Notes: generated by a model from the sequence alone, not told the origin. A stretch of 55,661 nucleotides of DNA from Candidatus Saccharimonadales bacterium (GCA_038209015.1 JBBQYC010000002.1:1-55661); one strand, 5' to 3'; shown: positions 1-9,084, counted from the stretch's first letter. Numbers and translations are program-made.

Positions 1-4
1 TGGT

Positions 5-187
5 ATGTCAGAAAGACAGCGACGTAAACTCAGAAAAACCTTCAAAGAAGAAGGTGCGTCAGCCTACCAAACAATGATGGTGCGAAATTATGAGATCGAT
101 GTCAGTTCATTCCACAAGAAGTACAGGTGCCCGGCTCTCCCACAGCTACTGCCATTGACGGAAACAGCTGTCAAAATCCAACACTAG
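5..187 (+). CDS. hypothetical protein, possibly truncated by the window edge
   Basis: The ORF from the track is open almost from base 1. I recognise no motif. Its stop codon (185-187) directly abuts the 18-bp repeat at 188. Confidence 0.2.
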   Translation: MSERQRRKLRKTFKEEGASAYQTMMVRNYEIDVSSFHKKYRCPALPQLLPLTETAVKIQH

Positions 188-205
188 TTTGGTGACCTCT
201 CGGGG
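188..205. repeat. att-like direct repeat, copy 1 (TTTGGTGACCTCTCGGGG)
   Basis: It matches 1851-1868 at 17 of 18 positions. It resembles the reverse complement of a tRNA 3' end (TGGTGA...GGGGAAT), but no cloverleaf follows. Confidence 0.6.
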
Positions 206-221
206 AATACTACGGTATAAT

Positions 222-337
222 CCGCCCGTTTGCCGCTAAAGCGGCGGGGATTAGCGAACCGCCTGGGGTTCGATTCGTTTCTCGTTAGAAACCACCAATT
301 CAAAAACCCGACTTTACAGTCGGGCGCTTGAATTGGT
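222..337. other. cluster of four consecutive stem-loops (structured RNA or DNA element)
   Basis: The four hairpins are GCCGC/GCGGC (about 232-245), CGAACC/GGTTCG (255-272), GTTTCT/AGAAAC (277-292), and a nested one. In the nested hairpin ACCAATTCAA/TTGAATTGGT (294-303/328-337) encloses CCCGACT/AGTCGGG (307-313/318-324). Confidence 0.5.
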
Positions 338-557
338 GAACCTAATAAAGTCGAAGTGGAACCTGATCTGTGAGGAAATTATACGGTGGAACAGATTACT
401 GGGTAAACAACAGTGGTCATTAGAATACCCTGCTGTTAGTAGAACTGTAGCGTATTCTAGTTAGTGGTTCTGTCTGTACTGTTTGTTATTTCAAGTGAAC
501 GAGTGGTTGGACTATATTGTCCAGACCCTATAAATATATTATACAATATCGGCGATA

Positions 558-1517
558 TTACTCTTCGTCACACTCGATTAGATTAGGGTCAATTTGTATG
601 ACCTTCTTCATTATCTCAGGTCCGTGGTCCAGCTCTAACTCCGACATAACGTCCATAACAGCATGGTCTTTTTCGCCGACCTTACCTACTCTTAAGAATG
701 GATCACCGTTCATGCCTTCAGTAACAGCGTGTAACCACTTGTACAGGCTTAGGCTATCAGTAATTGTTTCAGGCACTTCAGAGTACGCCTTAATTGCTTC
801 GCCAAGTTGCTGTTCTAAATAAGGCTTGCACTCTTCGGCAAAGCGACCTAACTGGGTGGTAAACGGACTATCATCAGTCATGTAGCCAAGAATGTCGTAG
901 ATACCGTCCATTCCTCTCGGTGAAGTAAGTCTACCAGTAGTGATAGAGAGAATGTCTCCTACATGGAAACGCCTAGAGCCATCTTCAGCTTGCTCTTCTA
1001 CTAGCGGTCCTAGCTTCATAAGTTCAGCGTCTTCTTCGACGCTAAGCTCCTTAGTTGCTGCTGCGTCACGAGCTAACGCTGTAAGCTCATCTTCACTAAC
1101 TCTTCGGGTGTATCGCATGGTACTTCCATTAACACCATCAAAACGCTGTCGCTGTATGAACTGGAGTCCTTCTGCTGTCTTCACAAAGTCGAGGTTGAGC
1201 ATTTGTCCTACCCCTGATTTACGAGCATCAAAATCAACTACAACAGTTGCTGCTATCTCAAATCCTTCTACATAACTCTTCTGAGGTGAATAGTGGGGTG
1301 GGTCTTGAGGCTCCTGTGCAACTGCATGGGTTGAAATACGTGTCCTAAGACCATCAGGAGCTACTTCACCAGTAAACGCAACATAGAAGTCACTTACTGC
1401 TTTACCTGGTCCCATTTCTTGAAATTCGTTCAAGTCTAGTAATGCCGACAGAGTAGCCTCTTCGGGAGTAAGGTTAGGTTGCAGTGCTTCTAAGCGTCGT
1501 TCCATTGGGTCATTCAT
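558..1517 (-). CDS. hypothetical protein
   Basis: Long ORF. The track start at 1535 is TTG, and the first ATG is at 1517. No family recognised and no clear SD sequence. Confidence 0.5.
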   Translation of the reverse strand: MNDPMERRLEALQPNLTPEEATLSALLDLNEFQEMGPGKAVSDFYVAFTGEVAPDGLRTRISTHAVAQEPQDPPHYSPQKSYVEGFEIAATVVVDFDARKSGVGQMLNLDFVKTAEGLQFIQRQRFDGVNGSTMRYTRRVSEDELTALARDAAATKELSVEEDAELMKLGPLVEEQAEDGSRRFHVGDILSITTGRLTSPRGMDGIYDILGYMTDDSPFTTQLGRFAEECKPYLEQQLGEAIKAYSEVPETITDSLSLYKWLHAVTEGMNGDPFLRVGKVGEKDHAVMDVMSELELDHGPEIMKKVIQIDPNLIECDEE

Positions 1518-1665
1518 GATGTTATAATAGCACAATATAGATATTTAGTCAAGCATACTCAGTTGTTTTTCGGCGGTATTGTGTATATACACATAAGTAA
1601 GCACTAAAGCCTGTCCTAGACGCTCTCAATGCGTCCAGAGTGCGATAGAATACGCTCTTAACTTC

Positions 1666-1959
1666 ATGCACGACGTACAGCGTTTATGGGTAGACGCTGA
1701 CCCAGACCTAAAGATAAGGTTCCAAAAAATGATATTCCCAGAGGGGCTTACATTCGATACATCTACGTTAACTTTTGGAACCTCTACAATTAGCCCACTT
1801 TACACCTACGCACCAATCAAAAAAGACCTCTCTGTGAAGGAGAAGTCTCTTTTGGTGAACTCTCGGGGCCTAACCTGGAAACACTTTGAGCCTGAGGTAG
1901 TGTTATTTGATCGACTTCTTGAGGATGCAGGGATTGACAAGGATATTGAACAGAGGTGA
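1666..1959 (+). pseudogene. remnant of a serine-recombinase C-terminus
   Basis: The translation ...KIRFQKMIFPEGLTF...KSLLVNSRGL parallels the C-terminus of the intact recombinase (...SLFFKALFTKLPTY...NSLMVIPRGI). The same CTCTTnTGGTGAnCnCnnGGGG nucleotide block is present at the equivalent position. No catalytic domain lies upstream. Confidence 0.45.
1851..1868. repeat. att-like direct repeat, copy 2 (TTTGGTGAACTCTCGGGG)
   Basis: It matches 188-205 at 17 of 18 positions. In a 22-nt alignment starting 5 nt upstream of the repeat (at CTCTT), 17 of 22 positions match the recombinase/tRNA-Glu junction at about 12986-13007. Confidence 0.6.
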
Positions 1960-1973
1960 TATACTGGAGTTCT

Positions 1974-2177
1974 ATGAGTGGATATGAATTAAACGACAAA
2001 GACATCGACATAGTCCTGGAGAACTTGAGGAAGGTTCAGCCCGATGCAACACGTGAAGATGCAATCCAGAAGCTCCTCAAGACAAAAATGGATGCTCGTG
2101 AAAAGGCTCAGACTGACCATGCTGGACTAGCTGATGATTTGGAAAAACTAAATTCTAAAGAAGAGACTGAAAACTAA
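1974..2177 (+). CDS. small hypothetical protein (67 aa)
   Basis: ATG at 1974 is preceded by GGAG at 1966-1969, whereas the track start at 1956 is GTG. Charged helical sequence. It converges on the XRE gene with a 4-nt overlap. Confidence 0.35.
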   Translation: MSGYELNDKDIDIVLENLRKVQPDATREDAIQKLLKTKMDAREKAQTDHAGLADDLEKLNSKEETEN

Positions 2178-2389
2178 AACGGTAAAACATCCGAAGATTT
2201 AAGTTTCAGCACCTTCAACACTTTTTCTAGCATTTTTAGAGATGGCACAGCCTCGCCGCGTTCAAGCTTGGCATAATAGGTAACGTCCGTGCCGACCTTT
2301 TCGGCAACCTCTAGCTGAGTCAAATCAACAGCCCTGCGGGCTTTTCGAAGCGTAGCCTCAAGTGAGGCTTTTATTTCCTTATCAATCAT
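2174..2389 (-). CDS. XRE/Cro-C1 family helix-turn-helix regulator
   Basis: LRKARRAVDLTQLEVAEKVGTDVTYYAKLERGEAVPSLKMLEKVLKVL is a typical HTH_3 pattern. The likely start is the internal ATG at 2389 (MIDKEI...). Confidence 0.7.
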   Translation of the reverse strand: MIDKEIKASLEATLRKARRAVDLTQLEVAEKVGTDVTYYAKLERGEAVPSLKMLEKVLKVLKLKSSDVLPF

Positions 2390-2539
2390 GTATCCAATTA
2401 TACCTAATTTTATTGATAGTTTTCTGCTGGATTTACGACAATAAAGAAAGGTTGCTGTCATATCGCAACGCTAGTCGCTGACACCAACCCATCTCAAGGT
2501 TAAATATACACTATCTTGTTCCAGTAAAAATTGTCGGGG

Positions 2540-5500
2540 CTAAAAGGGCAGTCCAGCAACTACAAACCCAGTTGACGAAGAAGTTGACCAGTTGCCGGCA
2601 CTATCTTGTACTCTTACGTAAACCGTATGCTGGCCCGTAGACAAGGATGCGGCGTTGCCACTCGCACTAGCGTTGCCGCCACTGTACGACATCTGTGTGC
2701 CGTTTCCTTGGCCAGGATCCGTGTCAATGTAGTATTCAACGTACTTTACTCCAGACAGCTGATCAGCAGCGTTTGCTGATACAACAAAGAATGGGTTAGT
2801 ATTTTTGATCACTACGTTTGGATTAACCTGAACATTAGTGACGGTCGGATTTGTCTTGTCTATACTGATAGTTGCGGTAACGGAGACGGAGTTACCTGCA
2901 TTATCAACTGCTGAACCGGTCACGGTTTGGTTTGCGCCCTCGTTCGTCAAGGTTGTTGATCCTAAGCAAGTGTCAATGCCTGACAGTGCATCGGAGCAAC
3001 TAAAAGTTACAGTTACGTCAGAATTATTCCAACCATCTGTGTTAGGTGCGGGGGTTAGTGTGTAGGTTATTGCAGGGTTTGTTTTGTCTAGGCTTATGTC
3101 AACAGATGTACTAACAGTGTTACCTGCATTATCAACTGCTGTACCGGTCACGGTTTGGTTTGCGCCCTCGGTGCTAACAGTAATTGGACTTGTGCAGCTA
3201 CTAATCCCGGAGAGCTCGTCAGCACATGTAAATGTTACCGTTACATTTGAGCCATACCATCCATTTGCATTCGGAGTTGAACTCGAAGAGTAATTAATTG
3301 TTGGGTTTGTCTTATCTAGATTAATAGTTGCGTTAATAGTGGTTGAGTTGCCCGCATTATCTACAGCAGTTCCTGTAGCAATCTGGCTTTCCCCTTCTGT
3401 CGTAACAGTTACAGGATTTGTACAACTACTAATACCAGATGAGGTATCAGAGCAATTGAAAGTAACTGTGACATTAGAGTTATTCCAGCCATTTGTGTTT
3501 GCAGCAGGGCTTAAAGTATAGGTTATATCAGGATCGGTTTTATCAACCAAAATGCTAATTGTATTGCTTGGATCACTTTCTCCGCCAGCATTTACTGCTG
3601 TTACGTAATAGTCGTGAGTACCTTCGGTAACACCGCTATCAATATGATTGGTTGCTGTTACTGTCTCGAGGTATGTTCCATCACGGTAAACCTTATAAGA
3701 GGTCGCACCATTAGCAGCGTTCCATGTAAGGTATGGGTTGTTTGTTGGGCTTGATGCTGACAAGTTCATAGGCGCGTCTGGAACAGCCTGTATCGTGATA
3801 GAAGTATCTTGGCTGATTGTCTGATTGTTTGCACAGTAGGTATTGCCATTAATAACTGCACATATTGAGTAATAGACGCCAGATAATAAAGCAAAAGATG
3901 TTTCTCCATTTGAATCCGTGTTACCACCGTTAGAAATCATGCCGTTATTTGTAACCGCTGGAGTTTCAAACTGAATAATTCCGCTCGAATCAGTAAAGGT
4001 ACTTTGGCCTATAGAGGTGGCACTGACTGAAGTGTTAGACACCTTGTTCCCATCCAAGTCTTTAACGGTAACCTCAGTATTAGCTAGGTCGAAAGTGATG
4101 TCTTGAATGGCATCATTCTGATCCGATATAGACACAGGACTATTGGTACTTGTAAGATTTTCTATTCGAGGCAGTTGGTCATTATTACTGCTGGGAGTGA
4201 AGACTCGTACACGATAGCTGCCATTCGGCATGTTACCCACAGTATAGTTGCCAGATGTATCAGTGTTAGATATGCCACTAAAAACATCGTTAAAGATTTG
4301 AACATAAGGCTTACTAGGTGAAGTAGTAGTATCCGCGTAATATGTGTTTGAGCTATCTTGGAACTTCATGACACCTGATGTATTTGCTTCGGCAAAAACA
4401 ATCTCATCCGTTATATCTGAGCTAACAATTTGATTATCCAGGCACTTTTGGACAGAGTTGTATGAGGCGCAAATCGAATAATTCACATCTGTCAGTATTG
4501 GTACCACCGCAACGCCACTAACATTTGTTGATGCTCCGTTACCTATAACGCCATTGTTATAAGTTGTGGGTGTGCTGAATTCTATTGAACCGGAACTATC
4601 AGTAAAAACACTTTGACCTTTGGAAGACAAATTTACACTAGCTCCTTCAACAAGATTACCGTTTGCATCCTTAACGGTGATGGTTACATATGACAATCTA
4701 ATTACTACATCTTTAGTTAAATCAGATCCATTCACTACAAACGGTGAGTTAGAACTAGAAAGATTTGAGAGTGACGGAAGTTTAACACCATAGCCATTGC
4801 TTGAACCTGATGTCCAGATGCGCGTATTAAAACTACCGTCAGGTACATTGCTCATAGAATAGTTGCCTGCACTATCGGGAGTCGACGTACCAGAAAAATC
4901 ATTATTATATATCTGTATATTGTTATTAACGTTTGTATCAAAAAATATATCATTCGCTCCATCGCTGTACTTAACGACCCCTGATACGTTGGTGTTTGGA
5001 ATATTAATCTGGACGTTGGTATCATCTGACACGGTTTGTCTTGGTGCACAATATTGCTTACCGTTATAAGCCGCACATATGGAATAATAGACATTCGTGA
5101 GAATTGGAATTACTCCAACACCATTTGGGCCTGTGGTTGCCGAATTAGATATCTTCCCATTGTTAATTGCGTATGATGTTTCGAACTGAATAGTACCACT
5201 GGTATCTGTAAATTGGCTGTAGCCAATAGATGACATGCTTACTGCTAAGTTATCAGCAGGGTTACCATCTGGGCCTAATACTGTAACTGATACATTTGAC
5301 AAATCAAACGTTACATCTCGCGTAACTGAAGAGCCACTAACTCCGACCGGATAATTAAGACTGGTTAAATTATCCAGTTTAGGCATATTATCAGCACCAG
5401 GATTGTTTACCCTTACTCTATATGTACCATCGGGTACTCCACCAACAGAGTATGCACCAAGAGCGTCGGGATGGGACAATCCACTAAAAGTACCATTAAA

Positions 5501-5710
5501 TATCTGCACGTAATAGGAATTATCCGTAGTTGCAAAGTAATCGGTAGTATCATGCTGAAACTTTGCTATTCCAGAAACGCTAGAGCCTGTAGCAAACACT
5601 GTAGGCACAAAGGTTAATTGACTTACTAGCAGCACACCCACAAGAAGAAGGGGTCTGAGCCTTGTTCGTAAGTTCCTTGCAAAGCTTAAGTTTAATGACT
5701 TGCCTATCAT
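2540..5710 (-). CDS. large secreted repetitive surface protein (adhesin-like)
   Basis: It has an N-terminal signal/anchor (RLRPLLLVGVLLVSQLTFVPTVFA). Three ~200-aa modules each show a carboxypeptidase-regulatory-like beta-sandwich signature and a Cys pair. There is one FN3-like domain (PDAPMNLSASS...YKVYRDG). Three 76-aa Ig-like repeats (DKTNPxIxY...NGWxxSxVTVTFxCxD...GTAVDNAGN) are followed by a terminal Ig-like domain. Confidence 0.85.
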   Translation of the reverse strand: MIGKSLNLSFARNLRTRLRPLLLVGVLLVSQLTFVPTVFATGSSVSGIAKFQHDTTDYFATTDNSYYVQIFNGTFSGLSHPDALGAYSVGGVPDGTYRVRVNNPGADNMPKLDNLTSLNYPVGVSGSSVTRDVTFDLSNVSVTVLGPDGNPADNLAVSMSSIGYSQFTDTSGTIQFETSYAINNGKISNSATTGPNGVGVIPILTNVYYSICAAYNGKQYCAPRQTVSDDTNVQINIPNTNVSGVVKYSDGANDIFFDTNVNNNIQIYNNDFSGTSTPDSAGNYSMSNVPDGSFNTRIWTSGSSNGYGVKLPSLSNLSSSNSPFVVNGSDLTKDVVIRLSYVTITVKDANGNLVEGASVNLSSKGQSVFTDSSGSIEFSTPTTYNNGVIGNGASTNVSGVAVVPILTDVNYSICASYNSVQKCLDNQIVSSDITDEIVFAEANTSGVMKFQDSSNTYYADTTTSPSKPYVQIFNDVFSGISNTDTSGNYTVGNMPNGSYRVRVFTPSSNNDQLPRIENLTSTNSPVSISDQNDAIQDITFDLANTEVTVKDLDGNKVSNTSVSATSIGQSTFTDSSGIIQFETPAVTNNGMISNGGNTDSNGETSFALLSGVYYSICAVINGNTYCANNQTISQDTSITIQAVPDAPMNLSASSPTNNPYLTWNAANGATSYKVYRDGTYLETVTATNHIDSGVTEGTHDYYVTAVNAGGESDPSNTISILVDKTDPDITYTLSPAANTNGWNNSNVTVTFNCSDTSSGISSCTNPVTVTTEGESQIATGTAVDNAGNSTTINATINLDKTNPTINYSSSSTPNANGWYGSNVTVTFTCADELSGISSCTSPITVSTEGANQTVTGTAVDNAGNTVSTSVDISLDKTNPAITYTLTPAPNTDGWNNSDVTVTFSCSDALSGIDTCLGSTTLTNEGANQTVTGSAVDNAGNSVSVTATISIDKTNPTVTNVQVNPNVVIKNTNPFFVVSANAADQLSGVKYVEYYIDTDPGQGNGTQMSYSGGNASASGNAASLSTGQHTVYVRVQDSAGNWSTSSSTGFVVAGLPF
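2861..3544. repeat. three tandem 228-bp coding repeats inside the surface-protein gene
   Basis: The period is 228 bp, with unit starts at about 2861, 3089 and 3317. The cores at 2891-2942 and 3119-3170 are identical except for one base. The third unit is more diverged. Confidence 0.85.
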
Positions 5711-5814
5711 TTAGCGCCCCTCCTCAATTTATGAATATATTGTACTGTAACCAACTATTTAACACAAAACATTGGTGTATTGATGAAACGTTTGAAGAAA
5801 TTAGGTAGGCTTTG

Positions 5815-7701
5815 TTAATAAAGCACAATCACTTTGTTGAGAACATTAATAGTGAATTTCTTTTCATTCTTGATACTATCGGACAAAGAATTTTCACTAG
5901 CTCCATACCTGATGGCATTATCAATCGCAATTGAAGCCTCTTTTTTGTTTCCCCTCGAAGCCTCAAGTATTGCCAGGTATGTCCATACGTCTGGGCTATT
6001 AGGCATTTGGTTCAGAACTTCATTTATATGCCTTGCTCCTAGTTCCTTGTCATCAAGCAATAGTGAAGCCTGGCTGAGCAGCAGATATGAATTTCTCGCT
6101 GAATATACACTAGCATAAGGTATGCTTTGGTTTAGTAATTCTATAGACTTCTCGTATTCTCCCGTCATGGCCCTAATTAGACCCAGATTGTAGTAATTCT
6201 GATAATTTGGATATGTTTTCAGGGCCTCTTCAGCATAAGGAACGGCTCGCTCGTAATTATTTTGCTTTCCATAGTTAACTGCAACTAGTGAGTTTGCCCT
6301 GTAGTTGTCTGTTGAGTTTTGTATGTCTTTAAGCGCAACTGTCATCTCAGTTTGCCAATCACTACCCCTGTTGTAAGACATTATGCCAAATACTAATACA
6401 ACAATCGCCGCAATAGGCATGAGCTTATTGTAGGTTTCTTCTTTGATAAGTATTGATATGGCAACCCCTAACATACCCAAAATACCAGCTAGTGGCATGT
6501 ACATCCAAGGTAGACTGGCAGTCATGTCTAGTGGTAATAGCTGTGATACGATGACAAGGCCAATAAAAGTCCATAAACTAAAGAATAAATAGACTTTTAA
6601 CGCTTTTTTGTCCTTAGCACTTATTCTAATAGCTAAGTATATAAAGAATGAAACGACGGCTAAGTTAATCATGAAAGGCACAAGCACATCTCTAATGCTA
6701 AACGAGCGAACTACCCAGTAGTAGGAAGAGGCCAGATCAATCGGTGCAATAAGTTTAGTAAAATAAAGTGTATGTATTGAAGGTATAGTAAGCAATCTTT
6801 CGAGGATATTGGCCCTACCAATAGGAGCACTGTGTGCTGCAGAAAATAATCCAACGGCAGTTACTCTCATGATTAGGTAAAATAAGGCAACTGGTAAAAA
6901 AGTGTAGGAAAAAGTTTTAAGATACTTTCTTTTCCATATCGTTATAAACGAGAATGCAAGCAAGACAAACACGAAACTAGCTTCTTTTGTTAGCATAGCA
7001 AGGAGCAAAAATATGGCGCTGTACACAAGTTTTTTATTAGAGTCGGCATTTACAATGAGTAAAAGCGCAGAAATACCAAAAATGAAAAATAATGGATCTT
7101 GAAGTGATGGTATTGCGTACACACTTTGTGAATTTAGGGGGTGTACTAAGTAGATGAGCCCAAGTAGCAAAGCAAGAGGCTTTCTGAGTATTTTCTGGAA
7201 AAACAGAAACAGTAGAAAGGCTGCAAATATATGAAGTAATAGCTGAAAAGCATGAAAGTAAAATGGATTATCTCCAAATAGCGTGTATATGATGGAGAAG
7301 GATGTCGACATCATCGGCCTATAAAACCCTCCTTCCAGTTTGTCGGGCGTTAATCCTGTATAAAAAGTGCCACCTCTGAAAAACATTCCAATATTAGAAA
7401 TTGAATGAACGGGAGTATTTTCGACTATCTGCCTAGTATCATCCCCTTGGAATTCTCCATGCAAACCAGATGAAAACACGATAAAACCAAATATAAACAG
7501 AATCAAGAAAACTTGTTTTCTTGAAAGACTGTGCAAGAATCTAGCTAGGATGGAATCAGTTGCATCTGGTTTATCGTAATGATCGTTTGTCGGTTCTACC
7601 TCTTTCACGCTCCCCGCAGCAGAACCTTTTTTTGCGCTCTCAGACTTACTGGTTTTTTGCGCTGCCACCCTGTTTATTTTACTAGTAAATTTTTTTCCCA
7701 T
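5815..7701 (-). CDS. GT-C fold membrane glycosyltransferase (PMT/ArnT/TMTC-like) with C-terminal TPR repeats
   Basis: About 10 or more hydrophobic helices, a motif FYRPMMSTSFSIIYTLFGDNPFYFH typical of GT39/DUF1736-type enzymes, and a C-terminal TPR-like block (YNLGLIRAMTGEYEKSIELL...). The track start at 7740 is TTG, and the first ATG is at 7701. Confidence 0.7.
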   Translation of the reverse strand: MGKKFTSKINRVAAQKTSKSESAKKGSAAGSVKEVEPTNDHYDKPDATDSILARFLHSLSRKQVFLILFIFGFIVFSSGLHGEFQGDDTRQIVENTPVHSISNIGMFFRGGTFYTGLTPDKLEGGFYRPMMSTSFSIIYTLFGDNPFYFHAFQLLLHIFAAFLLFLFFQKILRKPLALLLGLIYLVHPLNSQSVYAIPSLQDPLFFIFGISALLLIVNADSNKKLVYSAIFLLLAMLTKEASFVFVLLAFSFITIWKRKYLKTFSYTFLPVALFYLIMRVTAVGLFSAAHSAPIGRANILERLLTIPSIHTLYFTKLIAPIDLASSYYWVVRSFSIRDVLVPFMINLAVVSFFIYLAIRISAKDKKALKVYLFFSLWTFIGLVIVSQLLPLDMTASLPWMYMPLAGILGMLGVAISILIKEETYNKLMPIAAIVVLVFGIMSYNRGSDWQTEMTVALKDIQNSTDNYRANSLVAVNYGKQNNYERAVPYAEEALKTYPNYQNYYNLGLIRAMTGEYEKSIELLNQSIPYASVYSARNSYLLLSQASLLLDDKELGARHINEVLNQMPNSPDVWTYLAILEASRGNKKEASIAIDNAIRYGASENSLSDSIKNEKKFTINVLNKVIVLY

Positions 7702-7793
7702 AGCTAAAGTAAGGATATCAGTACTGCTTCGCGAGTGCAAAGAATTAAACTTGACGCCCTTCTAGTATAATATGCGTATGTGAGGGGGTTACC

Positions 7794-8267
7794 ATGATAA
7801 TGATAAGGGGCTACATAGCAAGAAGAAGGTTTGCAAGATTTCTTGCTGTAGGTGCCGTTAATACCATCACGAACTTCGTGTTTCTAAACCTCGCCTTTTT
7901 CGTGCTAGGTTTTAGTAAACTATTATCAATCGTAATGGGTACAGCTACGGCAATAATCATCAGCTTCTTGTTGAATCGTTCTTTTGTTTTTAAGGATAAA
8001 TCACGGCCATTTAAAAAATTTATAATGTTCATCAACGTAGCTACGATCGGTACGTTCGCAATACAAACGTTTGTCTTTATTCAAGCATCGAATGTAGTAG
8101 GCCGATTTTTCGATAACAACGTAATCGTTATTAATATTTCGAATTTATTGGCATCTTTTTTCGTGTTGTTTTGGAACTACAACGGTTATAAGTATCTTGT
8201 ATTTAGAAAACCTGATCAAAATTACTATGAAAAGCCTTTGAGCGAACCAGATGCCACCCGATCTTAG
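7794..8267 (+). CDS. GtrA-family membrane protein (polyprenol-sugar flippase-like)
   Basis: 157 aa with four hydrophobic helices. The N-terminus FARFLAVGAVNTITNFVFLNLAFF is typical of the GtrA family. The SD GAGGGGG lies upstream. Confidence 0.75.
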   Translation: MIMIRGYIARRRFARFLAVGAVNTITNFVFLNLAFFVLGFSKLLSIVMGTATAIIISFLLNRSFVFKDKSRPFKKFIMFINVATIGTFAIQTFVFIQASNVVGRFFDNNVIVINISNLLASFFVLFWNYNGYKYLVFRKPDQNYYEKPLSEPDATRS

Positions 8268-8988
8268 TATTGTTATACCTGCCTATAGCGAGGAAAGGCG
8301 CATTGGCGCTTCTCTGGATGAGTTATCAGTATTTCTGAAGAAAGATGGGTTATTAAGAACCCTATCCGTAGAAGTTATAGTTGTCGTTGCTGACTCAATT
8401 GATAATACAAAGAGTATAGTCACCTCTAAGCAAAACAAAATTGAATCGCTTAGTTTGCTCGAGCCAGGGCCTAGGGTTGGAAAAGGACGTGATACCAAGT
8501 TTGGTATGCTTGCCGCAAAGGGAGAAATAGTTATATTCATGGATGCGGACCTTGCTACGCCACTACGCCACATACCTAGCTTTTACAAGGAGATAAAGAG
8601 AGGTAATAGAGAGATAGTTATAGGGACCAGGAATCTATTAAAATACAGGAATAATAAGTTACGAGGTCTGTTAACTGTAATTGTAAGTAAAATGTATCAG
8701 TTTTTAGGTAGTGTAAAAGTGGAGGATACTCAATGTGGCTTTAAAATGTTTACTAAAGCATCAGCAAGGGCGTGCTTTACTAGATTGACTATAATGGGGT
8801 GGGGTTTCGATATGGAATTGCTAGCCATTGCTCGTATAAAAGGGTTTCCGGTCAAAGCTATTAGAATTGAAGACTGGAAGCACATGCCCTACAGTACACA
8901 TACAGATGGAATCCCAAGGATACTAATTAGGCTTATTAGGGATCATAGTCTTATTCTATACAATTCGGTTACAGGCAAATATAATTAA
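8251..8988 (+). CDS. GT2 polyprenol-phosphate glycosyltransferase (GtrB/DPM1-like)
   Basis: LSIVIPAYSEERRI..., ...VVVADSIDNT..., and IVIFMDADLATP (DxD motif). It overlaps the GtrA-like gene by 17 nt. Confidence 0.8.
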   Translation: MPPDLSIVIPAYSEERRIGASLDELSVFLKKDGLLRTLSVEVIVVVADSIDNTKSIVTSKQNKIESLSLLEPGPRVGKGRDTKFGMLAAKGEIVIFMDADLATPLRHIPSFYKEIKRGNREIVIGTRNLLKYRNNKLRGLLTVIVSKMYQFLGSVKVEDTQCGFKMFTKASARACFTRLTIMGWGFDMELLAIARIKGFPVKAIRIEDWKHMPYSTHTDGIPRILIRLIRDHSLILYNSVTGKYN

Positions 8989-9084
8989 GAGATGTGTGAG
9001 CAAAGTATTTAGATTCATGATTGGTAATATCTATTAGAATTTATTGTATATTGCAACTTTTCAATCTTACTTGAAACTATTGTC

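Noticed and set aside
261-300. GGGGTTCGATTC followed later by ACCACCA, which looks like a tRNA or tmRNA T-arm and CCA end.
   Set aside because: No complementary CCCC strand follows the putative T-loop. GGTTCG instead pairs with the upstream CGAACC as an ordinary hairpin, and no acceptor stem can be drawn.
357-368. GAACCTGATCTG, identical to the conserved core of TPP riboswitches (GAACCUGAUCUGG...).
   Set aside because: The rest of the TPP motif is absent: the CUGAGA element, the GGGG...ACCC helices and the CCAGCG strand. There is also no downstream gene on that strand.
2838-3521. Three plus-strand ORFs (2838-3065, 3084-3293, 3339-3521) with similar translations.
   Set aside because: They are antisense read-throughs of the 228-bp tandem repeats inside the minus-strand surface-protein gene. 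Their mutual similarity just reflects the repeat.
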